Shown: positions 53,001-63,168 of the stretch, piece by piece | Layout of the letters: each line of letters begins with the position of its first letter | How positions within the stretch are numbered: the first letter of the stretch is position 1 | Translations under genes and position numbers: made by a program | The notes under the pieces: model-generated | What the model was told of the DNA's origin: nothing | Databases searched by the model: none | What the model saw: the letters and a program-made list of their open reading frames with translations, nothing else | From: Balanoglossus misakiensis | Lineage: Eukaryota > Animalia > Hemichordata | Length of the DNA stretch: 64,000 nt | Direction: 5' to 3' | NCBI GenBank assembly: GCA_040954595.2 | Contig: CM082577.2 | Span: 14,515,903 to 14,579,902, forward strand

Positions 53001-54015
53001 AGTCGAAGTGGCTGACTGATTCCGACAAACCAAACACTCTGACGTTGGTGAGTGACCAATCAAACGTGGACAGGTACTCTGTTAAACCACGAGTGTGAAT
53101 AAATCCATATTTCTGTCGCAAATGTTCTAAAAGGACATGGAAATAGCACACTCCTCGTGGTTGATTGTCATTATCAGCCAAGAAATAAATGCAATCGGAA
53201 ACAATAGTTTTGGGGACATTCGCCACTAATTTATCGCCATGCATTCGGACAAGTGTGACGTTGTTATTACAAGTATCGCAGTTGACAACGCTTCTAAGAC
53301 GGCCTAGGAAAAATACGCATGTTTGAAATCCCAGGTTTCGTTCCTTTAGGTTAGTCATTGAGACATAGTCGCCACTGGTCAATGCCCTTTGCAAGAATCG
53401 CCATTGGTCGCGCATAAACGCGGGTTCTCCAATCAAGATAGAATGGGGTCGGTTAAGCATGGCCCTTGACAAGATCATACTGTGATCTCTGTCGCTAAAC
53501 GTGTAAAACTTATCAAGGCCACTGGTGTCTCTCATGTCATTAACCCATTCGGGGTACACTGTGTGTGTCTCTCTCTGTTCGTCGTTTGTCTTCATGCGCT
53601 TGTTAGCACTCTTGGTGTCTCCGTCACTCGCGTTCACGAGTGGACTGAGAGTCGTCGACAATGCTCGAACGAAATCAGCTTGACTCGCGTATATGCCATA
53701 CAGACTGAAATTTTTTGGTCTCATTACCATCTCGTTGATTAGTTGATATAAATCAATCCGGAACCCGGGTGTCGGTTGACCAGTAGAAAATTCACGGGCC
53801 ATGTTAGCAATTTGATTAATAGTCAAACAATCATGTTGGCTGACAACTTTGTATATCTTTTCAAGAAACGTGTGCAATGACTTTTCTTGCACAGTGGTCG
53901 AGTCAGTGTTCAGTTTATCGATGGTAGATGAAGGTTTCCGCCCAGAGCCTGAGTCGACGCCAAACACCAATAAAACGTCTTTACTGAGTTCTGGATAGAG
54001 CGGGGACAGATTCAT
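50068..54015 (-). CDS. Large protein with C2H2 zinc finger, internal repeats and C-terminal RING-H2
   Basis: FTCRIRNCHDRFHNERSLNRHILRDH; CALCL..CWNGCHLFHETCL..CPICK. Confidence 0.8.
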   Translation of the reverse strand: MNLSPLYPELSKDVLLVFGVDSGSGRKPSSTIDKLNTDSTTVQEKSLHTFLEKIYKVVSQHDCLTINQIANMAREFSTGQPTPGFRIDLYQLINEMVMRPKNFSLYGIYASQADFVRALSTTLSPLVNASDGDTKSANKRMKTNDEQRETHTVYPEWVNDMRDTSGLDKFYTFSDRDHSMILSRAMLNRPHSILIGEPAFMRDQWRFLQRALTSGDYVSMTNLKERNLGFQTCVFFLGRLRSVVNCDTCNNNVTLVRMHGDKLVANVPKTIVSDCIYFLADNDNQPRGVCYFHVLLEHLRQKYGFIHTRGLTEYLSTFDWSLTNVRVFGLSESVSHFDLLAEDQPDRRRKIRVLMEELGPYAKTQEVLLGFRFTCRIRNCHDRFHNERSLNRHILRDHGYTEEQIEEVKSIDACSTADFYHFSDENKWLDRNPRMLNRDLCMRMPNLGERCKEFVKIHTQNSTKLNNLGAEITRLQKCIRDTSDGDLCKAMDRTLTTLSRHLHAGKLGVIDDTKYNMLHEMWLSVLKQRTDENNSVADFRRKCEESVFSSQQWKAIHLADVDFQNSLQRCAGRDFSLHSDKVLQLEVHEGDRTESTIRASVLANRLCNRRQRNVGQDTARGSELCAIKKRIERVDNSTLTHPELTKWSSSSDDSEDDDKQATSFGTGVQSAEKGLDPMLCTKPRQTCPVKLRGSCTPIVTTSRRSDHDRDGNSQSAPLQQNDSVLTKPRLTCPVELRGSCTPIVTASRRSDHDRDGNSQSAPLQQNDSVLTKPRQTCPVELRGSCTPIVTASRRSDHDRDGNSQSAPLQQNDSVLTKPRLTCPVELRGSCTPIVTASRRSDHDRDGNSQSAPLQQNDSVLTKPPTNSESSCQLIPIGTTTGVGYGRVFSRVPFHGASTTLREKHGPGQLRPANDRRLVLLDPREIQINPNDCFYGLCYLIKYLMVHSKTPTQDAILSVKSEVVKFFSDTFHLSKEGVSFLQHRTQSQCVSGCLVRPGNFFALWTSCVVNLFNMLNQNRTGAQINLFRKRYYRCGDPYKCVVLFDESYYDTSFTEPSSDCTSPEYERGEWEATNCALCLDKLGPYRQLQAINCRELRLRRDHGEEMSDKELIKYSEQNNVIDCWNGCHLFHETCLQEYMRVNAFDENVEQVSCPICKTPVYNRRQLNIIQFNLCKQPLMSRESFDIKNKSRQVLVSSTDYDTVLLKDEKAVNDFKIKIRETLEKPVLDFASTSKQEPFYLFDIRRYFPRSVDDNEIDLIVNKLRDSRFVEISNEVDAVTPQTNIFKLAPTVKSKIVEGHDGLEDNGEFGGYKAPMY
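51426..51975 (-). repeat. 135-bp (45 aa) coding tandem repeat, 4 copies, alternating A/B
   Basis: Units start at 51426, 51561, 51696, 51831. Confidence 0.95.
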
Positions 54016-54322
54016 TTCATTACTTTTCTCGGTTATTCGCCGAAACTGTTTTGGAACGTACGCTAATATCCACTTACAAAAGAGGGCACGGTAGTGTGTA
54101 GAGGTAATGTGCTGTAATTGAATCTTTGTAAGAACACCTGTCGAGAAAAGTGCCTCATTAAACAGGACTCATCTTCCTTGTTTAATATATATCTTTATGT
54201 TTTCATTATCGTCTGCATATACAAAATACATTTCAATACCCCACGATTGATAAGAGAGACTGTATCCTATTTATTCACGTGTATGTTTTTGAGGAAGAAA
54301 CGACCATGTCGTATTCAGTGAA

Positions 54323-55114
54323 TTAGTTTCTTGTACGTGACACCCCTTGAATGCTGTCAGTATCTGCATGGTCTATTAGTAAGTCCGACTCGTAATCGTC
54401 TGTAGGATAAGGGTCGTTGTTTCTAAAATTGATCTCTCTAGTCAGCCTCTTGTGGTGATACAAATGTGTCGCTAAATGTACGAACGAAAACACGGCAATT
54501 ATAATGAGACCACCCTTTACAACGTCTTCACCGAACACTTTACAGAACCCAGTGTCTCTGTAATTGGGCGTCAGAAAACACATGGGTATGCTTTGGGCCG
54601 TTACCACAAGAATGCCGATGACAAAAAGTGGAAACACATGTATAGCTATTCTCTCTCGCATATGGGGTTCCATGAGAGACTCCAGTATCTTCTCTTCCCC
54701 TTTGAAAGTCTTGTAAAGGAGATACACTACGTTCAGCATCACGATAGCGCAGTCTATATACGCGGGATACACGCAAAATCTCAATATACCGTATAAATCT
54801 GGGATCTTACACGGGTCTCCACCCGCTCTTTCACCTTGTACGACTAACATAATGGCTGCGATTGTGAAAAAAACAGCGTACACAAACTTTTGAAGATGAA
54901 GTAACAGATGGTCGTGAAATGCCCTCAGTCCCTTCTGTCTATAAACGTCTGTGACGCCATCATCCAGTCTCTTGAATTCTTGAACAGTTTTTAGGAAAAC
55001 CTTTCTAGACGAATGCGTTAAAGTATCCCACCTGTCGCCCATCTGATTCTTAAACGGCCGTTTAGTCACATGTTGTTTACCGACAATCCGGGTATATTTT
55101 TTGCCGGGTGTCAT
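54323..55114 (-). CDS. Four-TM membrane protein
   Basis: Four hydrophobic stretches; basic N-terminus and acidic C-terminus. Confidence 0.7.
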   Translation of the reverse strand: MTPGKKYTRIVGKQHVTKRPFKNQMGDRWDTLTHSSRKVFLKTVQEFKRLDDGVTDVYRQKGLRAFHDHLLLHLQKFVYAVFFTIAAIMLVVQGERAGGDPCKIPDLYGILRFCVYPAYIDCAIVMLNVVYLLYKTFKGEEKILESLMEPHMRERIAIHVFPLFVIGILVVTAQSIPMCFLTPNYRDTGFCKVFGEDVVKGGLIIIAVFSFVHLATHLYHHKRLTREINFRNNDPYPTDDYESDLLIDHADTDSIQGVSRTRN

Positions 55115-55180
55115 TCTGATTTACTTAGTTACTTGTCTAATAACGTCGACGTTAATAGAACTAACCAGTGAATAAGTGTG

Positions 55181-55999
55181 ATGTCTCGCGCACACCCTTA
55201 CACTACTTTAAAAAAAAATCGCCTCAAGACTTATTTGACAGTAACGCTGGTAGAAAAATGTAAGATAAATATTAAAAGGGCAAGAAAGGGTTACGTGGCT
55301 ATCGACAAACGGTCTTCTAAAGAATGTCAGCTCACCGGTGTCTACAAGCAGATCAGAAAATATCATTTACCAGCAGAGTGTTACACAAATATTAAGCTAC
55401 GACGACAACGGCGATCGCGCACATACAGCACTAAATGCCCAAGGGAAGCCATGTACTTAGGAAAAAACATTGACAAATCAGTCAAACTTATGTTAAAAGA
55501 GAAACCTATCGCACACACTCCGGTGACACAAAGCATATTCAATTCATTGCGATATTTGGGATACACTCCGCTGACAGCACAACTTCCTGTCACAAACTTC
55601 CAACCGGATCAACAAGATTGTAAGTGGGGTGCAACTGTTGGTGTATTAGACCTCGTAGCATACAACCAAGAAAAGAAAATATATACAGCGATTGAACTCA
55701 AAACAACCTCTAAACACTACAGTGATATTAAAAAAGAACACGATTGGGCGAACCTTAATCCTTCGACCGGCTACAGGCGGTCTTTTTATTCTCAAGCGGT
55801 ACTACAATCCCAGTTAGGAGCTCTCATGCTAATTAATACATTCAACTTAACAAGCGCTGATAGCTTAGTCATTGTTTATTCTTTCGCAGATAAATCCACC
55901 GTTATCGAATGTGTAGGACAATTTAATAACACCACGTCGGCATCTGAATTGTTTCCATGGGTTGTAGGTTACAGGAAACAATGTGTACACAGAAGGTGA
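55181..55999 (+). CDS. PD-(D/E)XK nuclease
   Basis: GVLDLVAY..AIELKT..QSQLGALML. Confidence 0.75.
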   Translation: MSRAHPYTTLKKNRLKTYLTVTLVEKCKINIKRARKGYVAIDKRSSKECQLTGVYKQIRKYHLPAECYTNIKLRRQRRSRTYSTKCPREAMYLGKNIDKSVKLMLKEKPIAHTPVTQSIFNSLRYLGYTPLTAQLPVTNFQPDQQDCKWGATVGVLDLVAYNQEKKIYTAIELKTTSKHYSDIKKEHDWANLNPSTGYRRSFYSQAVLQSQLGALMLINTFNLTSADSLVIVYSFADKSTVIECVGQFNNTTSASELFPWVVGYRKQCVHRR

Positions 56000-56037
56000 G
56001 ATGTGTCACCTCGCGTCGACTGATAAACATCACGTCA

Positions 56038-56334
56038 CATATATATATATATATATAGATATATATATATATATATTAATATTAAGCAGTGTATTTACGC
56101 CAACTTATTAGTTGCTAAACACTACGTCATGTATATGGGATAATAAATATTAATCATTCCCGGTACGGCGACGTATTAGTCGCTAAACATTACGTCATGT
56201 ATATGGTATAATGAATATTAATCATTCCCGGTACGGCGACGTATTAGTCGCTAAACATTACGTCATGTCTATGGGGTAATGAATATTAATCAGTCCCGGT
56301 GCGCCGACGTATAAGTCGATAAACATGACGTCAT
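56038..56334. repeat. (AT)n tract followed by a 68-bp tandem repeat (about 3.5 copies) carrying CRE/ATF-like sites
   Basis: Units start at 56106, 56174, 56242, 56310; (T/C)TACGTCAT in the first three units and perfect ATGACGTCAT at 56325-56334. Confidence 0.9.
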
Positions 56335-56385
56335 ACTTTGTTCTTTTATATTGGACTCGCACGTCGAGTGCCGTCAATCAGCACC

Positions 56386-57237
56386 ATGACTAGCACACGT
56401 GCACAAACGAGGGAAAAACGGAAAGCCAGCATCCGTAATTGCATGTCAGTGTTTAAGCGCTGTGAATTATACAGTTCTGCCAGTGGGATGATCGTCAAAA
56501 CATTGTTTAATCGGAACAGCGCACCAGGCTTGGACACAAAGAACTGGGTGTTATCTATTCCCGAAGCTCCGGTTAGCCCTGATATGGAATTTGCCAGAGA
56601 TGCCATTCCCCAGTCCTATTATCTCAATGACGCTGGACTAGGCTGCATTCTCCATCACTGGTTGAGACGGTTCCCTGTCTGCTTCAGGCATGGCATGGGG
56701 AGGCCACGCACCATAGACCTGTTTCTCAACACTATCCAAAACCGGTTGAGACTGCCGTTCATATGGTGTGTAAAAGCTGATTTCGTACGTGATCAACAAC
56801 TTTCTGAGACCACGAGTAAACACACCGTGAGATCCGTTCATATCAATAATGCCAGGCTTTACATCAACGCGGTCGTGCAAAACTCATTGGATGAGAAAGT
56901 ACCCTTGCGCTCTCTCCTGGCCTTACCGGAAATGAAACTGATCGATCGGAATAGGGACCCGGACGAAAACGCCGCCATTCTGGACGCATTTCAGAATGTG
57001 TTCCGAGAGGTCTATGCCAGAAGCAAGAAGGAACATCCGTACCCTATGGTTGCAGAGGTCTCCGACAAGAAATACAAAGTCACGGTGAGTGAGTACTTTG
57101 TACCATTAACACGGAATGAAGATCCTAACAACTGTACGGCGATTTCAGAAGAGTACAGAGAACTTCGTTCGTACGATGACTCCAAGGATGTACAGTGCTT
57201 GGTGTTTGACACGGGACATGGCACTAATGGACAGTAA
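56386..57237 (+). CDS. Hypothetical protein downstream of the CRE-rich repeat
   Basis: Good Kozak context (ACCATGA); long ORF. Confidence 0.65.
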   Translation: MTSTRAQTREKRKASIRNCMSVFKRCELYSSASGMIVKTLFNRNSAPGLDTKNWVLSIPEAPVSPDMEFARDAIPQSYYLNDAGLGCILHHWLRRFPVCFRHGMGRPRTIDLFLNTIQNRLRLPFIWCVKADFVRDQQLSETTSKHTVRSVHINNARLYINAVVQNSLDEKVPLRSLLALPEMKLIDRNRDPDENAAILDAFQNVFREVYARSKKEHPYPMVAEVSDKKYKVTVSEYFVPLTRNEDPNNCTAISEEYRELRSYDDSKDVQCLVFDTGHGTNGQ

Positions 57238-57668
57238 CATGGCGTACTTACAAGATGTGATTATCCCACATCTGTGTTGGGACAGTTGGAACTTTTGATT
57301 AGAACTTAATTCACAACTTGTAAAGCACATAGGCAATAATTCACTTTAGTTTATTTTATTCCATTTTATCGTTCAATACTGAGCACGTTTGCATGCGCCA
57401 GTTTTTGTTGACGTTACTTATCCGAGCTATTTACATAATTGTTTTGTTTGGTTTGTTTATATTATTGTCTGTGCGACGTACACTGTTTACCATATTATGT
57501 TGGTTACTTTTTATTATTTAAAAAGGGGCAATAGCAAAAGTGGTGTATATTTGACTGATTTGTTAAATGTAGGTTTATTAGATGCATTTTATTAGATAAA
57601 TGACATTCCAAATATAATCGCCTTGTTCTGTTTGTCACTTTTTTTAAAAATAGACATGGGAATGCCTG

Positions 57669-58754
57669 TCATGCATTTTTGTGTTGAACTAGGTGGGTAA
57701 AGTCGATCCGATGAGGCTCTCCACCACCCAAATGCGTCCAAGTGAGGAAGTTAATGATTTTGGGAACATTGAGGGACCGATATTTTATGCGTACACCTGT
57801 CTCTTTTATCAACAGTTCAAATAACAGAGTATGATCGTCATCGATGTCCACAAAATGGAAGGAAAACATTTCTAAATAATCCATCATTGTCACGATATTC
57901 TGTCCTAACGGGTTCAAGCAAAACTGGGTCGCTTTCAACGCCCTACACAGCATGCAATGGTGTTGTCCAAATTGTTGATAACTTGTATTACATTTTTGCA
58001 ATTCACCCGACACCAGTTTTTTTATAGCGTCTGCATTTAGACATTCGCTCAGGATCAACTGATCGTCACAATCACAACGTTTGCTGATGTAGGTACTGAT
58101 ACAGTTAGTACCGCTTGAGCACGGACGGGTCGCAAAGTTGTGAAATTCGCGAGGGGTGAAACAACATTCATTCATCATCGAAAGCGACCAGACGTCCGGC
58201 TGGAGCATTTCGTTGGGAATGCTTTTCATTCTGTCCACAATTGTCGCACATTTCAAGATATCCGACGTGACTTTCCTCTGGATGTACCGTCTAAGCGACA
58301 CGTCACTATCCTCGCGATGACCGCGAGACTTGACGAATTGATCAAACATGTCTGAGTCACAGCATGTCACGTCCCACGCCGCCTCGCCCTTTCCTACAAC
58401 GCGTTTCCTAAACCGCGTAGCAGAACTTTTACTGGACGCGTGACAAGTATCGGCAATGACTCGTGGACTGTGATCCCAATGTCTCAGTATCCTCTTTCTA
58501 CTGATGGCATTTTGAAATGTATTGTCTTCGTCTGACGACAAGCAAAATGCATCGTCCTCTTGGGAGGCTTTTACTGACTGTACGGAGTCTTGATCAGTGG
58601 GTGCTGTTCTTTGTGGCATTTCAGTAAATAACTCTGGTATGGTCTTTTGTTTTTTGGCCGACATCTCTCTATCCCTATCAAATGGTAGTGTGGCTTTAGG
58701 CGCGTCGCTTATGCCGTTAAATACACAGGCTGAACTGGTGTTCACGGTAACCAC
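57669..58754 (-). CDS. Cys-rich putative zinc-binding protein
   Basis: RPCSSGTNC..CDC..LSECL..HCMLCR; start may be at MSAKK. Confidence 0.6.
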   Translation of the reverse strand: MVTVNTSSACVFNGISDAPKATLPFDRDREMSAKKQKTIPELFTEMPQRTAPTDQDSVQSVKASQEDDAFCLSSDEDNTFQNAISRKRILRHWDHSPRVIADTCHASSKSSATRFRKRVVGKGEAAWDVTCCDSDMFDQFVKSRGHREDSDVSLRRYIQRKVTSDILKCATIVDRMKSIPNEMLQPDVWSLSMMNECCFTPREFHNFATRPCSSGTNCISTYISKRCDCDDQLILSECLNADAIKKLVSGELQKCNTSYQQFGQHHCMLCRALKATQFCLNPLGQNIVTMMDYLEMFSFHFVDIDDDHTLLFELLIKETGVRIKYRSLNVPKIINFLTWTHLGGGEPHRIDFTHLVQHKNA

Positions 58755-58990
58755 GACTGTATTTTATCCTTGACTGTGTGTCCGATACTTTTAAATAATG
58801 TCAAATCTGAAAGAATCACTAAAGAGATTAGGATGACCAACAGAAATACAGTGCAAACGCTAGCACACAGGTTACACATGCCTCTGTCCACATTTCTGTC
58901 ATTATGTCTACGTTAATGTCGCGTGTATGTTATTTTTACATCGATAGAGCTCTGATTATCAGAGATTAATTTGTCTTTATTATTATTGCT

Positions 58991-60469
58991 ATGAGTGATC
59001 CAAAGTGTACCATCAGGAGCGCAGAAGATTACAGACAGTGGGTCGAAACACGTAAAAGCGAAACGATGAAGGCGGCTTGTAAAGAGTTTGAGAAAGGCGG
59101 TCACACTCAACTTTTTCTTCTGGATCAGGAACACATGGAAGTACTGCGAGACAGTTTTCACAACAATCCGATCTGTCACTGCGTTCTCACTCGAATTTCG
59201 GACAGTATTTCGGTGTCTGCTATGTTTGAATCAGGTTTAGAATCGTGTGGCCTTCCAGGACACCAGAAAGATGACCCGCTTGTTTCGTGTAGAGTGGGTA
59301 TACTGAACGACTTTGAAAAATCGTTGAAAGGGAAATTGCAGTCATTTATTCGTTCTGTAATCCGATCTGTGTGGATATATGGTTTTGTCGTCATAAGGGA
59401 TTACACAGACGGTACATTTCCCGATGTGCTTGACGACGACAGCTATGTTATTTTTCGAGGCGAGAGCGGAGAACTGTACGCGCGCGAAGTCACTGGTAAG
59501 GATGGGATACGAGTCGTATGCAGGGACCAGCCCGACATGAACGGTCGCGTCAGAGGTGCCATGTCTTATTTATATGATAGAAATTTGAAACTATTAAACT
59601 TGCACAGGTGCAGAGATATGAGCATTCGAAATGCGTGTCGCCATTTTTTCGTGACAGGTTACAGAGATGATGAAGATGAAAAGGACTCCAAACGCAAACG
59701 CTTGGATGCGGATGAACTCGAAAACAAATTAACTCAAAGCGCTATTCAAGCAGTTCTTCGTGCCAGGCTTGGTGTAAGTTCTTCTACCGCCCCAAATTCG
59801 AGTATATTAAACGAAGAACGTGATAACATGTGTAATATACACGAAAAGTCTAAACTCATAGAGGAATTAGAACAAACTAAAACGCGAAATGCCACCTTGA
59901 TGCGATGTCTGGGTGAGATAAAACTGGGACAGTTATTCAACGGGCACGCCCGTTCTTCACAGGCGACTCTCGATAGTGAAGACGCATCCGACCACGTTGT
60001 CCAAAATCTTGGTGAAGACAAAAAACTCGAGGCCTATTCATTAAACGTTCGTCCACTCGATACAAGTGTGTATGAAGACAACTTCAACCAGCAGGTTCGC
60101 AACACTCTGTTGGGTAGTATCACGCTTAAAAATAACGGTGATCCTGGACGAAGACATTGGGGAAAGCACGGTGCGCACGACGGTGTGTCCGGGAAGGAAA
60201 ATGTGCAGTTGCTGGTTGACGCGTGCTCTCTGGCTTGGCAAGATTTTATAATAAATGCAGCTCTTGCCCCGTGGATTGAAAAAACGGGCGTTCGTTTGAT
60301 ACCTAAAAGAAGTAAACGCATCGAAGACTTACATTCAATTATCCCTTTCATGAAATATATAAAGAAGGACAGATTCACGAAAATACTCGCAGAAACGCTC
60401 GACGTACCAATGGACGATTTTGATACGGGTGTAGAACAAAATTTGGATATATTTAAAGAGTTTGATTAA
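58991..60469 (+). CDS. Probable portal protein
   Basis: 492 aa; FIRSVIRSVWIYGFVVI helix-G-strand and PDMNGRVRGAMSYL..long helix resemble the HK97-lineage portal pattern; central coiled coil. Confidence 0.5.
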   Translation: MSDPKCTIRSAEDYRQWVETRKSETMKAACKEFEKGGHTQLFLLDQEHMEVLRDSFHNNPICHCVLTRISDSISVSAMFESGLESCGLPGHQKDDPLVSCRVGILNDFEKSLKGKLQSFIRSVIRSVWIYGFVVIRDYTDGTFPDVLDDDSYVIFRGESGELYAREVTGKDGIRVVCRDQPDMNGRVRGAMSYLYDRNLKLLNLHRCRDMSIRNACRHFFVTGYRDDEDEKDSKRKRLDADELENKLTQSAIQAVLRARLGVSSSTAPNSSILNEERDNMCNIHEKSKLIEELEQTKTRNATLMRCLGEIKLGQLFNGHARSSQATLDSEDASDHVVQNLGEDKKLEAYSLNVRPLDTSVYEDNFNQQVRNTLLGSITLKNNGDPGRRHWGKHGAHDGVSGKENVQLLVDACSLAWQDFIINAALAPWIEKTGVRLIPKRSKRIEDLHSIIPFMKYIKKDRFTKILAETLDVPMDDFDTGVEQNLDIFKEFD

Positions 60470-60472
60470 CAT

Positions 60473-61366
60473 ATGTTTATAGAAGTCAAAATGGTCGACA
60501 GTGACAGACGGATCGTGTCCACGCACGACATTATTTCGAATCGGTTCCTGAGATGCCGATTGAAAATTTACTTGCCTGGTTTAGTCTTATCCACAACCGT
60601 TATCAGTTCCGTTGATATGTGGCGAATTGGAATGCGTGAAATGAAGAAGGTCATGGATCAACGTGGTAAAACGCTAAACAAGAATATCATGCAGATGACG
60701 AAGTGTCCTCTGACATATTTATCCCATGAATTTCGCGATAATGGCGTTAAACGCGAATATTCAAGGGTAATAGCTAATTATAAAACGAGGGAACGTAAGA
60801 GATTAGAGGCAAAGGGGATTCGCGCGCTTGTGCATAGATTAACAGAATCGACGTACACTGACAAAGAGTCAATCGCAGCTTTAAGGTCTGATTTGACTAA
60901 AAGGGAACAGCGTATTTCGAGACTCGACCTTAAAACACACACACAAGCGCCAATGTTACCATCGGTTAACCAGGTATGTCAATGTGCAAAAGCGGATATC
61001 TTGTATGATGGGGAACAAATGCCACCGCGTGAAATTAACACTGGATCATCAGATAGTGAAGAAGAATATCAGACTGGTCACACCAGTGACAGCGATGGAT
61101 ACAACCACGACAATGAAGATAGTTCGGATGAGGAAGACATTGACGGTGACAGTGCGTTCGCACCCACACATAGAGAAAAACTGTGCAGTATGGCCTTCTT
61201 GAGACACAACCCTTATGGGGTTGTAGGGTTTAACACAAGGCACGATGAAGAGAGGTTACACTGGTATAGGCTAGTAAAAAAGAACGAGAAAAATAGGATA
61301 AACAGTGTTAAACATCTCAGTATACACGACGTGCGTCAATTATGGGCCAGAAAGCGTGTAAAGTAA
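60473..61366 (+). CDS. Hypothetical protein with acidic tract
   Basis: 297 aa ORF 3 bp after the portal candidate. Confidence 0.65.
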   Translation: MFIEVKMVDSDRRIVSTHDIISNRFLRCRLKIYLPGLVLSTTVISSVDMWRIGMREMKKVMDQRGKTLNKNIMQMTKCPLTYLSHEFRDNGVKREYSRVIANYKTRERKRLEAKGIRALVHRLTESTYTDKESIAALRSDLTKREQRISRLDLKTHTQAPMLPSVNQVCQCAKADILYDGEQMPPREINTGSSDSEEEYQTGHTSDSDGYNHDNEDSSDEEDIDGDSAFAPTHREKLCSMAFLRHNPYGVVGFNTRHDEERLHWYRLVKKNEKNRINSVKHLSIHDVRQLWARKRVK

Positions 61367-61409
61367 ACTGTATATTAACGGGGTGGTTATGTCAATGGCA
61401 TGATTGACG

Positions 61410-61955
61410 ATGATCAAATATTTCGCGTTCTATTTGGCATTTGTGTGCGTCGTAAGCGGCGTTACAACCGGTTACGGCATGACATTGTTAGACCTTAGGA
61501 AGTGTACCAATGAAACAATTCCGTGGTACTGTGCAGACCATAGTTACTGTCCACCATGTAATGAATCTAAAACATATACGCGTGTTTGTTCTGATATCAT
61601 AACAATAGGAAAATCTGACGACGATCAGACTGTGTCTGTTGTCGGTAACATTTGCAACTGTACTTGCGGCAACATCACATGCGGCCGCATAAATTCCACA
61701 TTCCATTTATACATTCGACAGCCATCCGAATGTCAACTACCTGTAGATTGGAATGATTATCCATCTGTTGGTGATGATGTAACGCCCAATGACCGGTACG
61801 CACCAAAACAAGTTCAACAGAACGTGCATACGTCAAATGACGGCCGCATCAGTATCTGTCCAATGTTTGGAGTGAACACAGCTGATTCTCCCATATCTTC
61901 AAGGTCGTCATTGATAACAGTTATTCTCACATTGAGTGCGGTTGCTTTTCAATAA
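61410..61955 (+). CDS. Cys-rich surface glycoprotein, possibly GPI-anchored
   Basis: Signal peptide, multiple N-x-S/T sequons, hydrophobic C-terminus after small residues. Confidence 0.65.
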   Translation: MIKYFAFYLAFVCVVSGVTTGYGMTLLDLRKCTNETIPWYCADHSYCPPCNESKTYTRVCSDIITIGKSDDDQTVSVVGNICNCTCGNITCGRINSTFHLYIRQPSECQLPVDWNDYPSVGDDVTPNDRYAPKQVQQNVHTSNDGRISICPMFGVNTADSPISSRSSLITVILTLSAVAFQ

Positions 61956-62374
61956 AATCACCCACTTCTTATTCACATACTTTTTCGTCTGAACTTTTAT
62001 CAACATGCACAAGCACTTCTGGTTATAACAACAATGTTTTATTACGAAATTACATATACATGTATTTATATATATATATATATATATTTCTACAGCGATA
62101 ATTGTGGAGTTCACACGGATATATAGAGTACTGCTCTCCTGTTATTACGTAACATTTAAATACACGCCAAAAGCAGATACACACAATGGCCTCAAGAGGG
62201 CGTCCTAACACGGTGTACTTTTAGACAATGGTAAGTATTTAGCACGGACACTACAATAATCATATGATTTTAATAAAAGCATAAAATCGGATCTGATCGT
62301 TCAGAATACGTGTGGTGACGTGCTACACTTTATAAGTGTAGAACTCTGGATAGTGTAGATTATACACCCACGCG

Positions 62375-62938
62375 TCATGATTTCTTTTGTTTGTACTTTT
62401 CATGTTCTTTGCATATTAACCGTAACTCGCCGCAGATTGACCTTAACAATCTAAGGGTTTCCATAGTTATCGTTTTTATCCCAGAGTCCGGATCACATGC
62501 CTGTGTTTCTACCATCAACAGTAATGTTCGGAACAGCCGGATCTGTTCGGCGTGCAGACGCTCCGCCGATGGAATCACGTGTAAAACAAAATGTATGTTA
62601 ATTTCATCTTTTGTCAACCGCTTCAGGCTACATTTCAATGCATGCATGTCGGGTGATGACTCAGGAAAGGCGTTCGCGTAATCCGTCAAACATTCTTGAA
62701 CATCGTCGACAAGGTTGGCATCTGGGACGTACCCTGATTCGGCATATTGTCTTTCAGCCCATGCGATGGGGTTAAGAGAAGGAGCGTTTCGTTGTTCGTT
62801 AGTGAGTTTAATCTTACATAATGGACAGGGGTTCTTATTCACTCCCATCCAATCCAGTTTGATCGTGGCTATTGGAGACAAATCGGATCGATTTGTACCG
62901 CCGTTCATCACGTCAATGAAGTCAATGCTACTGTTCAT
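62375..62938 (-). CDS. Zinc-binding (CxxC..HxxxH) helical protein
   Basis: CPLC..IHFVLH followed by amphipathic helices. Confidence 0.6.
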   Translation of the reverse strand: MNSSIDFIDVMNGGTNRSDLSPIATIKLDWMGVNKNPCPLCKIKLTNEQRNAPSLNPIAWAERQYAESGYVPDANLVDDVQECLTDYANAFPESSPDMHALKCSLKRLTKDEINIHFVLHVIPSAERLHAEQIRLFRTLLLMVETQACDPDSGIKTITMETLRLLRSICGELRLICKEHEKYKQKKS

Positions 62939-63168
62939 TGTTATGCCAATTACAAATTATGAAATATTAAAGATGTAATTACATGGTGTTTTTGTTCGAT
63001 ACAGACAGCTACTATTGTATAGACTTTCTCTCGGCTGAATCCTCGGATAAGCGCACCTATGGATTATAACGAAATTGCGTAGTAAAGTCCCACTACATTT
63101 AATTACCTGCTACATTACATTAATACATACAAACATGAGTATAATACTTGCGAGGGGGGGGGGTGTGA

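Noticed and set aside
56096-56334. CRISPR-like appearance of the periodic repeats (also 42299-42606)
   Set aside because: Whole units repeat with no unique spacers, and there are no cas genes
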